Shown: positions 21,789 to 33,320 of the stretch, piece by piece
Numbering within the stretch: position 1 is the first letter of the stretch
Layout: every line of letters starts with the position of its first letter
DNA from: Callorhinchus milii
Lineage: Eukaryota
Length of the DNA stretch: 64,000 nt
Assembly: GCF_018977255.1 (NCBI RefSeq)
Contig: NW_024704742.1
Location: forward strand, 120,778,001-120,842,000
Direction: 5' to 3'
Translations under genes and position numbers: made by a program
The notes under the pieces: generated by a model
What the model was told of the DNA's origin: nothing
The model's database searches: none
What the model saw: the letters and a program-made list of their open reading frames with translations, nothing else

Positions 21789-24085
21789 CAACAACAACAA
21801 CAACAACAAGATTCCATTTATAGAGCGCCTTTCACGTCAGGAGGACGTCCCAAGGCGCTGTACAGTTGGGTCAGGACCCGAGCAGGGGAGAAATGGTCAG
21901 GGTGAGGGGAGGGAAGGGAGGGAGCGAGGAGGGGGTAGAGAGTCGAGAGGGGAGCTGAAGGAACGGTCAAAGAGAAAGGTCTTGAGACCAGCCATGAAGG
22001 AGGAAAAGGAGGAAGCAAGGCGAAGGCACTGGGGGATGGAGTTCCAGAGCCTAGAGGCTGAGAGGCTGATGGCCCGGCCACCGATGGTAGGGCGGTTGGG
22101 GCGGGGGATGTGGAGCAGACCGGAGCCAGAGGAACGGAGGGTACGGGCAGGTAAGTAGGGGGATAGTAGGTCAGAGAGGTAGGAGGGAGCGAGGCCGTGA
22201 ATGGCCTTGTAGGTGAGGATGAGGATCTTGAATTCGATCCTCTGGGGGATGGGGAGCCAGTGGAGGCGAGCGAGGGTGGGAGTGATGTGGTCCCGAAGCC
22301 TGGTGCGGGACAGTACACGAGCTGCAGAGTTCTGAATGACCTGCAGCTTGTGGAGGGAGGTGGCGGGAAGGCCGGCGAGGAGAGAGTTCCCGTAGTCCAG
22401 CCTTGAGGTGATAAAGGCGTGGACCAGAGTTTCAGCAGCGTGAGGGGTGAGGTAGTGCCGTAGTCTGTTGATATTCCGGAGGTGATGGAAGGCGGTGCCA
22501 GTTGTGGCGCGGATATGAGGGATGATATCAGGGTCGAACAGAACACCGAGGTTCCTGAATGTCTTTGAGAGGTGGAGAGCGAAGCCTTGGATGCTGATGC
22601 TGTCAGTGCCAGAGGTGCGGAGGCGCTGACGCGAGCCAATCAGGAGGGCCTCAGTTTTATGCACGTTGAGCTGAAGAAAGTTATCTCTCGTCCAGGACTC
22701 GATGTCGGACAGGCAGGCTGTCAGGACATCGGTGGTCGTGGAGTTGAGGGTAGAGGAGGAAAGGTAGAGTTGGGTGTCATCCGCATACATGTGGAAGTTA
22801 ACCCCATGTCTGCGGATGATGTCACCAAGGGGGAGCATATAGAGGATGAAGAGGAGGGGACCGAGGACAGAGCCTTGAGGGACACCGCACGAGACAGTGC
22901 GGGGGCTGGAGGAAAAGCTGTTCGTGGAAACAAAGTGAAGACGGTGGGAGAGGTACGACCTAAACCACTCAAGGACAGGGCCTTGAAGGTTGAGGTGGGA
23001 GGACAAGCGGTGGAGGAGGATAGTGTGGTCGACCGTATCGAATGCTGCCGATAGGTCGAGGAGGACGAGGAGGCAGAGGGAGCCCTGGTCACAGATGGTC
23101 AGGATGTCATTGGTGACCTTGACCAGGGCAGTTTCTGTGCTATGGGCAGCACGGAAACCCGACTGAAGGGGTTCGAATAATGAATGGGTGGAGAGGAAAG
23201 AGCGCAGCTGGGAGGCGACAACTCGTTCAAGGACCTTGGACAGGAAGGGGAGGTTGGAGATGGGCCGGTAGCTTGATAGCTGCGACGCATCAAGGGAGGG
23301 TTTTTTCAAGGTGGGAGTGATGGTGGCAGTTTTTAAGGGAATGGGAACAGAGCCAGAGGAGAGGGACAGGTTGACGATGTCTGTGATATGTGGGGCAAGG
23401 AGGTGGAGCTGGGAGATAAGGAGTGGAGTGGGGATGGGGTCAAGGGAGCAGGTGGTGGGTTTCAGGGATAGGATGAGTTTGGTGACAGAGGGTGGGGAAA
23501 CGGGTACGAAAGTGTGTAGGGGAGGATGGGTAGGAGTCAGAGTGTGGGAGGGTGGGGGGTGGGTGGATGTTGGAGGGGAAGTGACCGCGGAGCGGATTCC
23601 CTTGATTTTGGATTCAAGGAAATCCAGCATCTCCTCACAGTGAAGGTTGGAGGAGATGACCTGCGCGGGGTGGCGGGGGGTACGGAGGAGTCGGGATGTG
23701 GTGGAAAACAGTAGCCTGGGGTTGTTCTTCACCTCCAGGATTATCCTGGAGTAGAAGGACGACTTGGCCGAGGCTAGAATGGAGCGGTAGATTTTGAGGA
23801 GGTCCAGACAGATTTGTCGGTGGACCGTTAGGCCAGATTTGACGCAGGTGCATTCAGTGGCCCGCATCTGGCTCTTCAGTGAGCGGAGGTGGGTGGTGAA
23901 CCAGGGGGAGGAGCGAGAGTAGGAGACAGTACGGGAGGTGATGGGGGCAAGAGTGTTGAGTGTGGAGGAGAGGGTGTTGTGGAGGAGGCTGAGAGGAGAA
24001 GAGGGGTCAGTGAGGGTTGAAGGGTTGAAGGCCAGAGGGAGAGGAGTTCAGAGGACTCCAAGGCAGCGGTTAGGGATCTGAAGTC
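21789..24085 (-). mobile_element. L2-clade LINE, 5'-truncated, 2.3 kb, inserted into a SINE tail
   Basis: Contains an RT ORF, a 3' stem-loop GCGCCTTGGGACGTCCTCCTGACGTGAAAGGCGC and a (TTG)n tail. The host SINE tail is split: gatatagtgcctatca on the left, cattgagacatctcaaagcgc on the right. Confidence 0.95.
21897..23867 (-). pseudogene. L2 ORF2 remnant (reverse transcriptase domain and C-terminus, no AP endonuclease)
   Basis: 656-codon open frame with [55 protein letters not shown] and LHWLP; the frame is broken upstream of about 23870. Confidence 0.93.
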
Positions 24086-24126
24086 ATTGAGACATCTCAA
24101 AGCGCTTCGCAGAACATATTGTAAAG

Positions 24127-24228
24127 TGAAACAAAAACAGAAGTTGCCAGGAACACTCAGCAGATCAGGCAGCATCTATGGAGAGAGGAAAGTGGGTTAA
24201 CGTTTCAGATCAATGACCTTTCGTCAGA
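24127..24228 (-). mobile_element. Solo Penelope pLTR fragment
   Basis: Similar to 14240-14340. Confidence 0.8.
24195..24228 (-). ncRNA. Minimal hammerhead-ribozyme core (Penelope-associated)
   Basis: Minus strand CTGACGA-A-AGGTC-ATT-GATCT-GAAAC-GTT-AACC: both catalytic boxes, helix II and the AACGTT palindrome are present; the 5' strand of helix I is lost by truncation. Confidence 0.65.
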
Positions 24229-24554
24229 GAGATTTGATGATATACAGTCAATTCACTGAAAATTTAAGGGACAGTGTAGTTTGTGGGTGAAATAGCAATG
24301 GTTTCTGTAGGCAAACATGTCAATCAATTGTCCCACCAAAGTCTACAAATAAGGATGATCCCCATTGTTAAAGAAATCAATGACAGACAATGATTAGACA
24401 ATATCATGTGACAGCACTCAAATAAAATTAACAGCACTCTCCACCCCTATCTTGAAAAAGTTTCAACTTTATTCGAGGTTCAATCTTCTTTTCTCAACAG
24501 CAATCCTCTCTGGGCTTTTAGCCTTCCAGATTTTTTCCCGTTGGATCTTTTTTG

Positions 24555-24843
24555 ATAATAATCCTTGCATTTGATATAGCGCTTTTCACATCTTCTCGAC
24601 GTCTCAAAATGCTTCACAGAATAGACTGTAAAGTGAATTGACCATATATTTGTGGGCGAAACGCAGCAGCCAATTGTGCACAGCAGTGTCCCACAAACAG
24701 TCGTGGATTGAAATGACCAATTTATTATTGTTTTGGTTTTTGGAGGGATTATTATTAGGCGTGAGGAAGGAAATTCACCCTGCCTGGAATTGAATTCAGG
24801 TACTTGCAAGGCAAGTGCTTTAACTACTGAGCTACAGGACTCC
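24555..24843 (-). mobile_element. tRNA-derived SINE, short subfamily
   Basis: Head ctgagctacaggactcc, tail aataatccttgcatttgatatagcgc. Confidence 0.9.
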
Positions 24844-24905
24844 ACAGATCACCTGATTTATCACTAAAAATAATCACCTGTTTTACATCTTAACTTATAC
24901 AACAG

Positions 24906-25301
24906 ACAACAAGATTGCATTTATAGAGCGTCTTTCACATCGGGAGGACGTCCCAAGGCGCTGGAACTTGATTTAATATCACATCCGAAGGACCCACCTC
25001 TGACAACACAGCAGTCAGTCTCCCAGTCTGAACTATGTGAGTTCAAAATCCTGATATGGTGCTTGAACCTCTGGACGCAGAGGAAAGAATGCTATCAAAT
25101 TACTGTGTATATATACTGAGATTTTACAAGTTAGTTTTTATCATCCTGGGCAATTTGTGAGCCTGATAATGGAATACAACACTGACTGCTTTTCCGTCAA
25201 TACCTCTCCCCAAAAGCCGCTGAAACCCTGGTCCATGCCTTTGTCACCTCTCGGTTGGACTACTCTAACGCCCTCCTTGCTGGTCTCCCATCCACTACTA
25301 T
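24906..25301 (+). repeat. 396-bp direct duplicate of 19146-19541
   Basis: Ungapped alignment at offset 5760 with 19 mismatches by hand count (about 95%). Confidence 0.95.
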
Positions 25302-25319
25302 TCTTTAGTCTTCAAGGAC

Positions 25320-25835
25320 TCATCGTATAGAGGTATACAAGATTTTAAATGGGTTTGGGAATATGAACTCAGAACAACACTTTCAGATACACCACGACAA
25401 CAGAAGATGACACAAGTTTCAGGTTGCAAAGGGCAATTTCAGAAAATATTTATTTACCCAGAGGCTAAATAATAACTCGAACAGGTTACCAGGAAAGGTT
25501 GTTGAGGTCTGGAGCTTGGACTTAATTAAAAAACAACTTGATACTATGGAGGGAGAACAGGTACTTTGGAAGGTGAGATCAAAAGGCCTTCCTCCTCTAA
25601 ACTGACCTGATGATCTTGCTTTTCTTTATCGCTTTAAGCATCGTATGTACCTTTTTGTCATCTTTTCTGAAATGGGTGAAGAGCCCTAATCTATTTAGTT
25701 GTACTTCATCACTCTTACACTGGGAATCAACCTTGTTGCTCTCCTTTGTCCTCTCTCTAGAGTCCAGGTTACCCCCTTATATAACAGCAACCAAAGCTGT
25801 AGGCAGTACACCAGATGTGATCTGACCACAGGGCC
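25320..25835. mobile_element. Two CR1 fragments in opposite orientation
   Basis: Plus-strand 3' end to about 25610; minus-strand VVRSHLVYCLQLW..LERGQRRATRLIP from about 25640. Confidence 0.65.
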
Positions 25836-26129
25836 TAGCTTCATGGGATCTGAACTCAACCAATTGTCAATGTAGTCCAGCATCCTATCTCCTTTGGTTT
25901 ATTGCTGCCTTACATAATGATCCCAAGAACGCAAAGAAACAAAAGTAAGGATAAAATATACTTTCATTGGGGGATGGTGGAAGAGGGGGAGTTGGTTATA
26001 GGTATGATGTGCCAAGTTTTCAACAAAAGAAATTCTTAGATACTCAGGGCTTTCCCAGCAGTGTCTCCTCCTGGGTGCTGAACATCTCTCAGTGACTCTG
26101 AGCTTATTGATGGTAGTTGTTTCAAGGGG

Positions 26130-26480
26130 CCTCATGTCCTTCACGAGGGACTTCATCCATCTACCTCCAGGCTACACAGCTGTCACTGTATCCCTCCGGT
26201 TACTGATTCACACTTTTGTTTTTTCCAGCAACATGGATTTGACTTTCCCTGGCATCACTAAAGAATCTGTTGGAATGTTAGTTTTGTTTTAGACCCCAGA
26301 CTATATATACATCCACCCATCATCACTCAATTTAAGTTTCATATGGTTGAACTCAACTAACATACGACAAACTGGGGGAGAATGAAACTTAAATTGCTTT
26401 TCCTTTGAATAGAATTGCTTTCCTTCTTCCACTCTAATATGAGTCAGATGGTCTGAGTATTTAAACGTTTTTGTCAAGGG
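26130..26480 (-). pseudogene. Possible highly decayed Ty3/gypsy pol fragment (region preceding the integrase)
   Basis: One frame with stops reads SPPVCRMLVEFNHMKLKLSDDGWMYI*...LVMPGKVKSMLL..., resembling gypsy pol just before the integrase HHCC domain; no catalytic motif is seen. Confidence 0.35.
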
Positions 26481-27009
26481 GTTGTGTCCTAAAGTTAACC
26501 CCATGATCTACACCTGCCCAATTCCTGGAGAAGGTATCCTTGGATACACTGAGGATAGTTTGAATGTATTCTTGGGTTGTAAAGTAACGTTTTGCTTGTA
26601 ATTCGTGATTTGCCGGGTTTAACAGAGGGCTGTGATTTCTCAATTTCCTGCACCATTTTAACTCTTTCACATCTTACTGTCATTGTGCTAATAACTGAAT
26701 ATTGGAAAAAAATATCATCTTCTCTTTAACCTCAACATTTGAGACTGGAAATATCTCCTAGCATTTGAGTCAGGCAAAATGAGAAGGAATTCTCAAGTAA
26801 TCTCAAGAGGGCTCTTTTCCATTTCCAGTCCTTTTTGTCAGGATCTCAACTTTTTCTGAGACCTTACCCTTCAAAGGTGCTATAAAATGAAAGTTTTTGT
26901 TGTTTTATTTACTGAATAAACTCTTTGTTCAGTGTCTCAATTGCTTAAAAACAAATCTCTTTACCCACCTTAATGACTAAGGATTAAGGAAACCTATTCA
27001 TCAATACGT

Positions 27010-27370
27010 CAGTTTAAAATTATAAAAGGGTTTGATAAGGTTAGCTTAAATGGATTGTTCTCACGTTTGCGGAATCTGTAATCAGACTACATAAATATTA
27101 GAGACTTGGGGATCTAAAACAGAATTTAGGAAGAACTACTTCATGCTGAGTGTAACGAGAATCTGGAACTTGTTGCCCAAAGTGGCAGATGAAACAGACA
27201 GTATAGGTACACTTAAGATAAAGCTAGATATACCCATGGGGGGAAGGAGAGGAAATACAAGGGTATGGGAGAGAGGAAGTAGTGGGTGGAGACTCATGTG
27301 AAGTATAAACACTAGCACCGACCAGTTGGGCTGAATGGCCTTTTTTTGTGCAGTACAGTCTATGCAAATC
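27010..27370 (+). mobile_element. CR1 3' end
   Basis: aaaattataaaagggtttgataagg...atctggaacttgttgcc...taaacactagcaccgaccagttgggctgaatggcct terminal motif. Confidence 0.75.
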
Positions 27371-30300
27371 TATATAAATCACAGGAGACTTATTAACTGC
27401 AAATTGTATTACCTTCACTCAAATGTGGTCAAGTCCCATATTCGAAGTACATGTACTATAATTATCAAGATTTGTAGAGATTGTAGTCTTTAAAAAATCA
27501 GAATAATAAACAGTTCAGACAGATTTTAATGACCTTGTCTGTTCTTGCAGAAATCTGCCCAATCTCTAAATCATTTGTGACAATAATAAAGGAAATCAAT
27601 GATAATCCCTTGGTATTTTAATGCTTTGTTTCTTTCACTGTCCAATTTCCATAACCTTTGAGGTTTTCTGTTCTAACTGAAGCAGAGAGAATTAAAGGCT
27701 TAATTAAATCCAAGTGGCTCCTCTATGAACCTATCATCTATCTCGTTTATTGGGATAGATACCTGAAATCTTCAGAAGCACACCTGCTTTCCTGCCACTA
27801 TCCTTTATTACAGGAATCTGATATTGCCTTTGTTTCAGGCGAGCAACTCCAGCCACTACCAATCATTGGGCCAATAAAGATCTGACCTGATGGGTTGACA
27901 TTTTATAAGATGCTCTATAGAGAAACATCTTAAAAGGGAAACACTAAAAGCCGGAGGTATTGTGATGTTGAGTGCTATGTTAGAGAGAAGAGAATTATAA
28001 CACAAGGTACATAAATACATCCAGTTAAAATTGTAGATATTTTGATGTTACACACTAATTGGGGCATACTAGTGAACATTGCCAAGTCATTGCAGTCATA
28101 TATTTCTCAAATGATGAAATAGTATGTGGACAAAAACAGAATTTGCTATAAATAGTTTCCAGTGCACTTGTTTTTATCGTTTCAGTGGACTGTCTCATTC
28201 TCATATGTCAAACAACAATTGTAACTAATCTTGACAGGTCACATTATCACAGGAATTATTTAGTTAAGAATGGACACTTAGTCTATTTGCTGAAGCATTA
28301 CCATTACAACCCAGACTGTGAAAATTATAAATGAGATAGGTATAGATGAATAAGATAATGGAAACAACATTTCTCTGTTACTAATATTAATAACAATATC
28401 AAAGTGCATGAAAAAAGGTGGAATAGAAGATCATTCCAATGGATGTCCTTTGCTTTTACAGATCTGAAAATGTGTGTAAAAAGTCACTGTGTGAACAATT
28501 TAAAAAACACTGTGGAAATATTTTTTTAGACTGTATGGCAGGCACAGTAAAATCCGTTATCAGAGTTTGCCATAACACAGGTTGGGATTTTATGGATCCC
28601 AAACACCATGTTATAATGAGGCTGCATTATATTTACACCAGGAAAACTGAACAACATAATTAATGCATAGTATTGACAGCCATGAACTGAACACAAGAGG
28701 TTGCTGCCTGAATGTTTGAGTTTAGCAGCAGCATTGGGTGTTTGTACGTCAAAAACTTATCAGAGTGATTGAACTGCTAGGTACACACACACTCTGTGTC
28801 GATGGATTGGAGCATATGTTTCAAGTCATATAATGAATATTTGTGGTATTTGCGAAACAGACTAGTTGGGTTTATGGCGCCTCCAGTTTGCAAAATTCAT
28901 GGTCCTGGAATCCGAGCTCAGCAAACATTTTAAAAATGCAAAATACTGATGGGAAAATGCAGGACGCCTTTTTCATTCATTTTGATTTACAAAATGTGAT
29001 GTTCCCAGTAAGAATCGAGATTGGTGAATTAACTGGAATTCCAGAAACAATGGCTTGAACTCAATGGCATGTCTTCATCCTGCTGAGATGAACGTTTGGA
29101 ATGAACAGAGCAGGGAGTTTCTCCCAGTGTTCTGGCCAACAATCCCCCAAATCAAAATTGGTTATTCACTTCAAGGCTGTTTGTGGAACATCGGTGTGTG
29201 AAAATTGGCTGCCGTGCTCACCCACAAAAANCAGTCACTCCACTTCACAGTTTATCCTGTGAAGCACTCTGTGAAGCACGTCCTCCTGACGCGAAAGGCG
29301 CTATACAAAATGCAAGGATGATTATTTATTTAAGTCGCATTTACTAATATGTTGTTGTAATTGTTAAGAACCTGTGAATCATAACACAGGTGCTTTCTTT
29401 CTCAAACCTCAAATGTATCTGTGGAAATTCTGCAATAACATAGTCAGATCTTCTTTTGTCACTTTGTTTCCCTTGGCATGCAGGCAGTATTTGAATGTAT
29501 TTGAAGAATGTATTTGTATCTGTTTTTGTTCAATGTATCTTTTCTATTCATATTGCTTATTGACCTGATGGTATCAACATTCTGTGAATTGCTGTAAGCA
29601 TAATATGACCATTACATCTAACCACCATTTGTTGCAGTGTAACATCTGCACTGCAGAGAATACTGATACAGTACAAACACACACACTGTCAACTAGATTG
29701 ACCACCATGAATTGGCTGAGCTGAATGATCCATTTCTTTGCCATATTATTTTATGTAATGCTACATAATAATAATACTTTCATTGGATAAAATATCTTTC
29801 ATGTCAGGAGGAGGTCTCAAATTGCTTCACGGGATACACTGTAAAGTACAGCAACTGTAACGTACGTACAGCAGTTGTTGCCCAAGCCTCAGAGTTTCCG
29901 CATTGTGTATCTATAAAGCATTCATGAATAGTTAGTTTTTAGAATATTTCACAAAATATTTTTTCAGAGGTTAAAGGGTGGAGGTCTGTGCTGGAAAATA
30001 GAACTCAAACAACAACAAATTACATTTGTATCATGCCTTTCACATTGGAAGGACTTGCCAAGGTGCTAATACCCTTTGCAGGGACCCAGTGTCTGCATCA
30101 AATATTCCCAGGTCAATTACCTCATGTCTAGATATAAAGCAAAACTCTTGCTCTGCCTCTACCATGTACCTTAACCCCGATATCAAAAGGCCTATTGCAT
30201 TGAAGATTCTAAAGGGTGTGGGCAAACTGTCCCCTGAGAATATGTTTAACCTGATCAGAAATATGCTAAGAAAGGAGCACACACTCAAGCTGAGAAGAGG

Positions 30301-30454
30301 AAGGTGAACACAGTTTAACCTAGAAAGTAGTGAATATGTGGAATGGATTACTCACTGAGGCAATGGAGACAGATTGTTAACACATTCATGAGGCAAAATG
30401 ATTGAACAATGGAAAGATGTGAGCAACTTAATTATTTTTAAACTAGGGATCATC

Positions 30455-30721
30455 CTGTGTTTACCTAGCAGTAAGTCAGGAACCTAGTTGTTAGTCGATT
30501 GGTGGATCACTTTCCAGGGGAAATAATGTCTCCAAAAAAATAATAATACGAAGAATTTGGTTACTCAATCCACGATTGTCTGTGGAACACTGCTGTGCGC
30601 AATTGGCTGCCGCATTTCAGCCACAAAATATACGGTCACCACACATTACAGTATATTCTGTGAAGTGCTTTGAGACGTCTTGATGTGATAATGTGCTATA
30701 TCAAATGCAAGGATTATTATT
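30455..30721 (+). mobile_element. SINE, long subfamily, 5' truncated
   Basis: Begins at gtttacctagcagtaag; tail intact. Confidence 0.82.
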
Positions 30722-33082
30722 TCTTATTTACATGACTTGCAGTGGTCTTTTTTGGCCCTGTACTTTCCTGTGTCTATGTTTATGTTTCTATTTCTTACAC
30801 CAGCCACCCTAAGGCTTCTCTGAGTCAGATTGCCAATTATCACTGTTTTATAATCAGTTCTGGCTGTGCATCTCCGGTCAAAAAACAATAGATTCAGAGT
30901 CGCCAAACTTATTTCAGGACAGAGACAGAAGATATTCACTTCATCTGGCTGACTGGATTTACAACCACATCCCAGAGGAATAAGGACAGGTGGTCAAACT
31001 CATTCACATACTTTAAACAATACAAACTACAGTTGCAGAAAATAGAATGCAACTGAAAACCTTTGTTGGCAGAAAACTCCTGGGCACTATATCCCAAGTA
31101 CTTAGGCTCAAGACCATTGTCTTAAAATTTAAGATCATATAGAATTTGGAAAAAAATAATTTTAAATTCAGCCTTAAATTGGAAGCACACAATCTTCTGA
31201 GTCAGAGGTGAGATTGCTACCACTGAGCCAGGCTGACTTGCATATACTTTAAGTTCCTCAAAATGAAGATTAACAGTGTTGGGAAATGGACCATTATTCT
31301 ATCATTTAATGTGTTGATGATATCAAGTATTTCTGGATCATTTACTACATGGTTGTCTTTTTACCTCTGGGACCGAAATTCAAATCTTCGCACACATCAC
31401 TATGCCGAAGGCCTATGTTCCATCATCAGAAGAATTCTCCCTATTACCCTAGTGTAGCTTTCCTGTTCACTTGTTCTGTATCATCCAAATTAGCTGTGTT
31501 TGTCATGATCATGATTAGATGTGTGTTGTCAGCTCCTATTAACCAAGAAGTGGATTGACACTGCCAGCATTCACTTCACGCACACTCCTTAATATTCACT
31601 AAAGAAGGGAAATTATCCACCCTCCTTGCCTCGGCTTCATTCCAATTGTGTCCCAGAGGTGAAAGTCAATGTGGTAATGCACTAATGTGCTGTATTGTAA
31701 ATGACCTAGTTTCCTGTAAACAATTTATTTGCAGTTTTCTTCTCTTCCTCCTCCTGTTCCTCCTTCAATTTCCTCTCAATCTCTCCTAAAAGCACTGATG
31801 CATGTTGATATGCTGTTCCATAAGTGCTGCTCTCGCCCCTCACTTTGGGAAACAATAACATCAGCAATTTATACAGCAATTTTCATGTTGGGAGGACGTC
31901 TCATAGCACTTCACACAATGACTTAAATTGTGAGTTGTGGGTGAGGTGGTGGGGGTGGGGAGGGCAGCTGAGGAGATTGTGGGGAAGAATTTTAGTCAAA
32001 AAGATAAATCTTAAGGTAGGCTTTAAAGGTGGGAGACAGGGGTGAGGTGGAATGACTCCAGAATGGAGTTCTAGAGAGCAAAGGCAGAATGGTTGATTTC
32101 GACAGGGACATGAAGCAGTATCTATTAAATTTTCTTTTGAAAAACTCTTTGTCTTCAGTAAGAGAAGATAAAGAGACAAATGTGACCAACTGATTTCCTG
32201 AGAAATAAAATTGCACTTTCGTTTTGCCAATGAGTGTAGGTGGCAAAATTAAAGGAAACGTTTTTTGTCAGTTGACTGTTATATCATTGTAAATGTTGTA
32301 AACATTAAGACCTGTATATACTTCAGTAGCTCCAGTTACTTCATATTGTCATGCTTTATGCTGCTTTACTGCTAGTGAAAGACAATCGGGAAACAGTATA
32401 ACCGTCCCTGAATTAATATCATAACCTTCTATATCAGACACTTGGTGAATGAAAAACACTGACCGCAGTGTTCAAAGGAGAATATATCCTACGCTGTCAA
32501 TTATAGTATCTCCATGGGTTTATCCGGTTTCAACAACCTCATCTGTGTCAAAATACAGTGTGCTAATGATGTGTCCATAGTAGTTCATGCCTGTAACCAT
32601 GATACATGAAAAAGCTCCACTTTAAAAACTGTTTTTACTGCATAAATAAAATGGTGAAAATGAATTCAGGCTAAGAACTGTGCACTGGAAGAGCGTTCTG
32701 TGTATTAAATGGAAGCTCCGTGTAGTCCAGAGATTTCATTGAAATAATTAAAATAAACATGATTATTGTGGTAAATGAAAATAGAAAATTATAAATGCTA
32801 CAGAAGACACATATGCTCAACGATCATGTTAAATTACTGGCAGATGAAAGTGTAATAGATTTGGAGATACAAAATCCCAAGATGTATACACAAGACCATC
32901 TTGGGATGAATGTCTTTTTTTAAAAAAAATCTCATGGTGAATCACCATGCTATACATTGGGGTGCTAGCACGTAGGCCATTAAAATGAAGGACACGCTAT
33001 ATGGAGATACTGGTCTCATCTGTATGATGCGGAGAAGTTGTAGGCTGGTTGATAGTAATATAGGTTTAGACTCTGTAACATC

Positions 33083-33320
33083 CCCTGCCTGAGAATAGTA
33101 CATAAACCCAGCCTAAGAATAACCCTTGACTATCCAGTGCCTTTGGATATCCTCCTGATGTGAAAAACGCAATATAAATACAATTTGTTGTTGTTGTAAT
33201 TCCAGCCTGAGAATGATGCATAAATCCATCTTTAGAATAGTCTGTAAACTCAGCCTGAAAATGGTCCATAAAACCTGTCGGAGAATAGACCATAATCCCT
33301 GCACCAAACTAGGGTGTAAA
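33083..33320. repeat. Degenerate 24-bp minisatellite interrupted by an L2 tail
   Basis: Consensus CCCAGCCTGAGAATAGTCCATAAA; units start at 33083, 33107 (partial), 33201, 33225, 33249, 33273 and 33297; L2 tail at about 33125-33197. Confidence 0.75.

Noticed and set aside
21818..23714. Pro/Ser-rich and Gly/Arg-rich overlapping ORFs
   Set aside because: Alternative-frame and antisense shadows of the GC-rich L2 ORF2.
29231..29231. Single N (another at 47063) as a rearrangement breakpoint
   Set aside because: The flanking repeat sequence is essentially collinear; these are assembly ambiguities next to homopolymers.
33083..33320. CRISPR-like array
   Set aside because: Head-to-tail degenerate units without unique spacers, no cas genes, vertebrate context.
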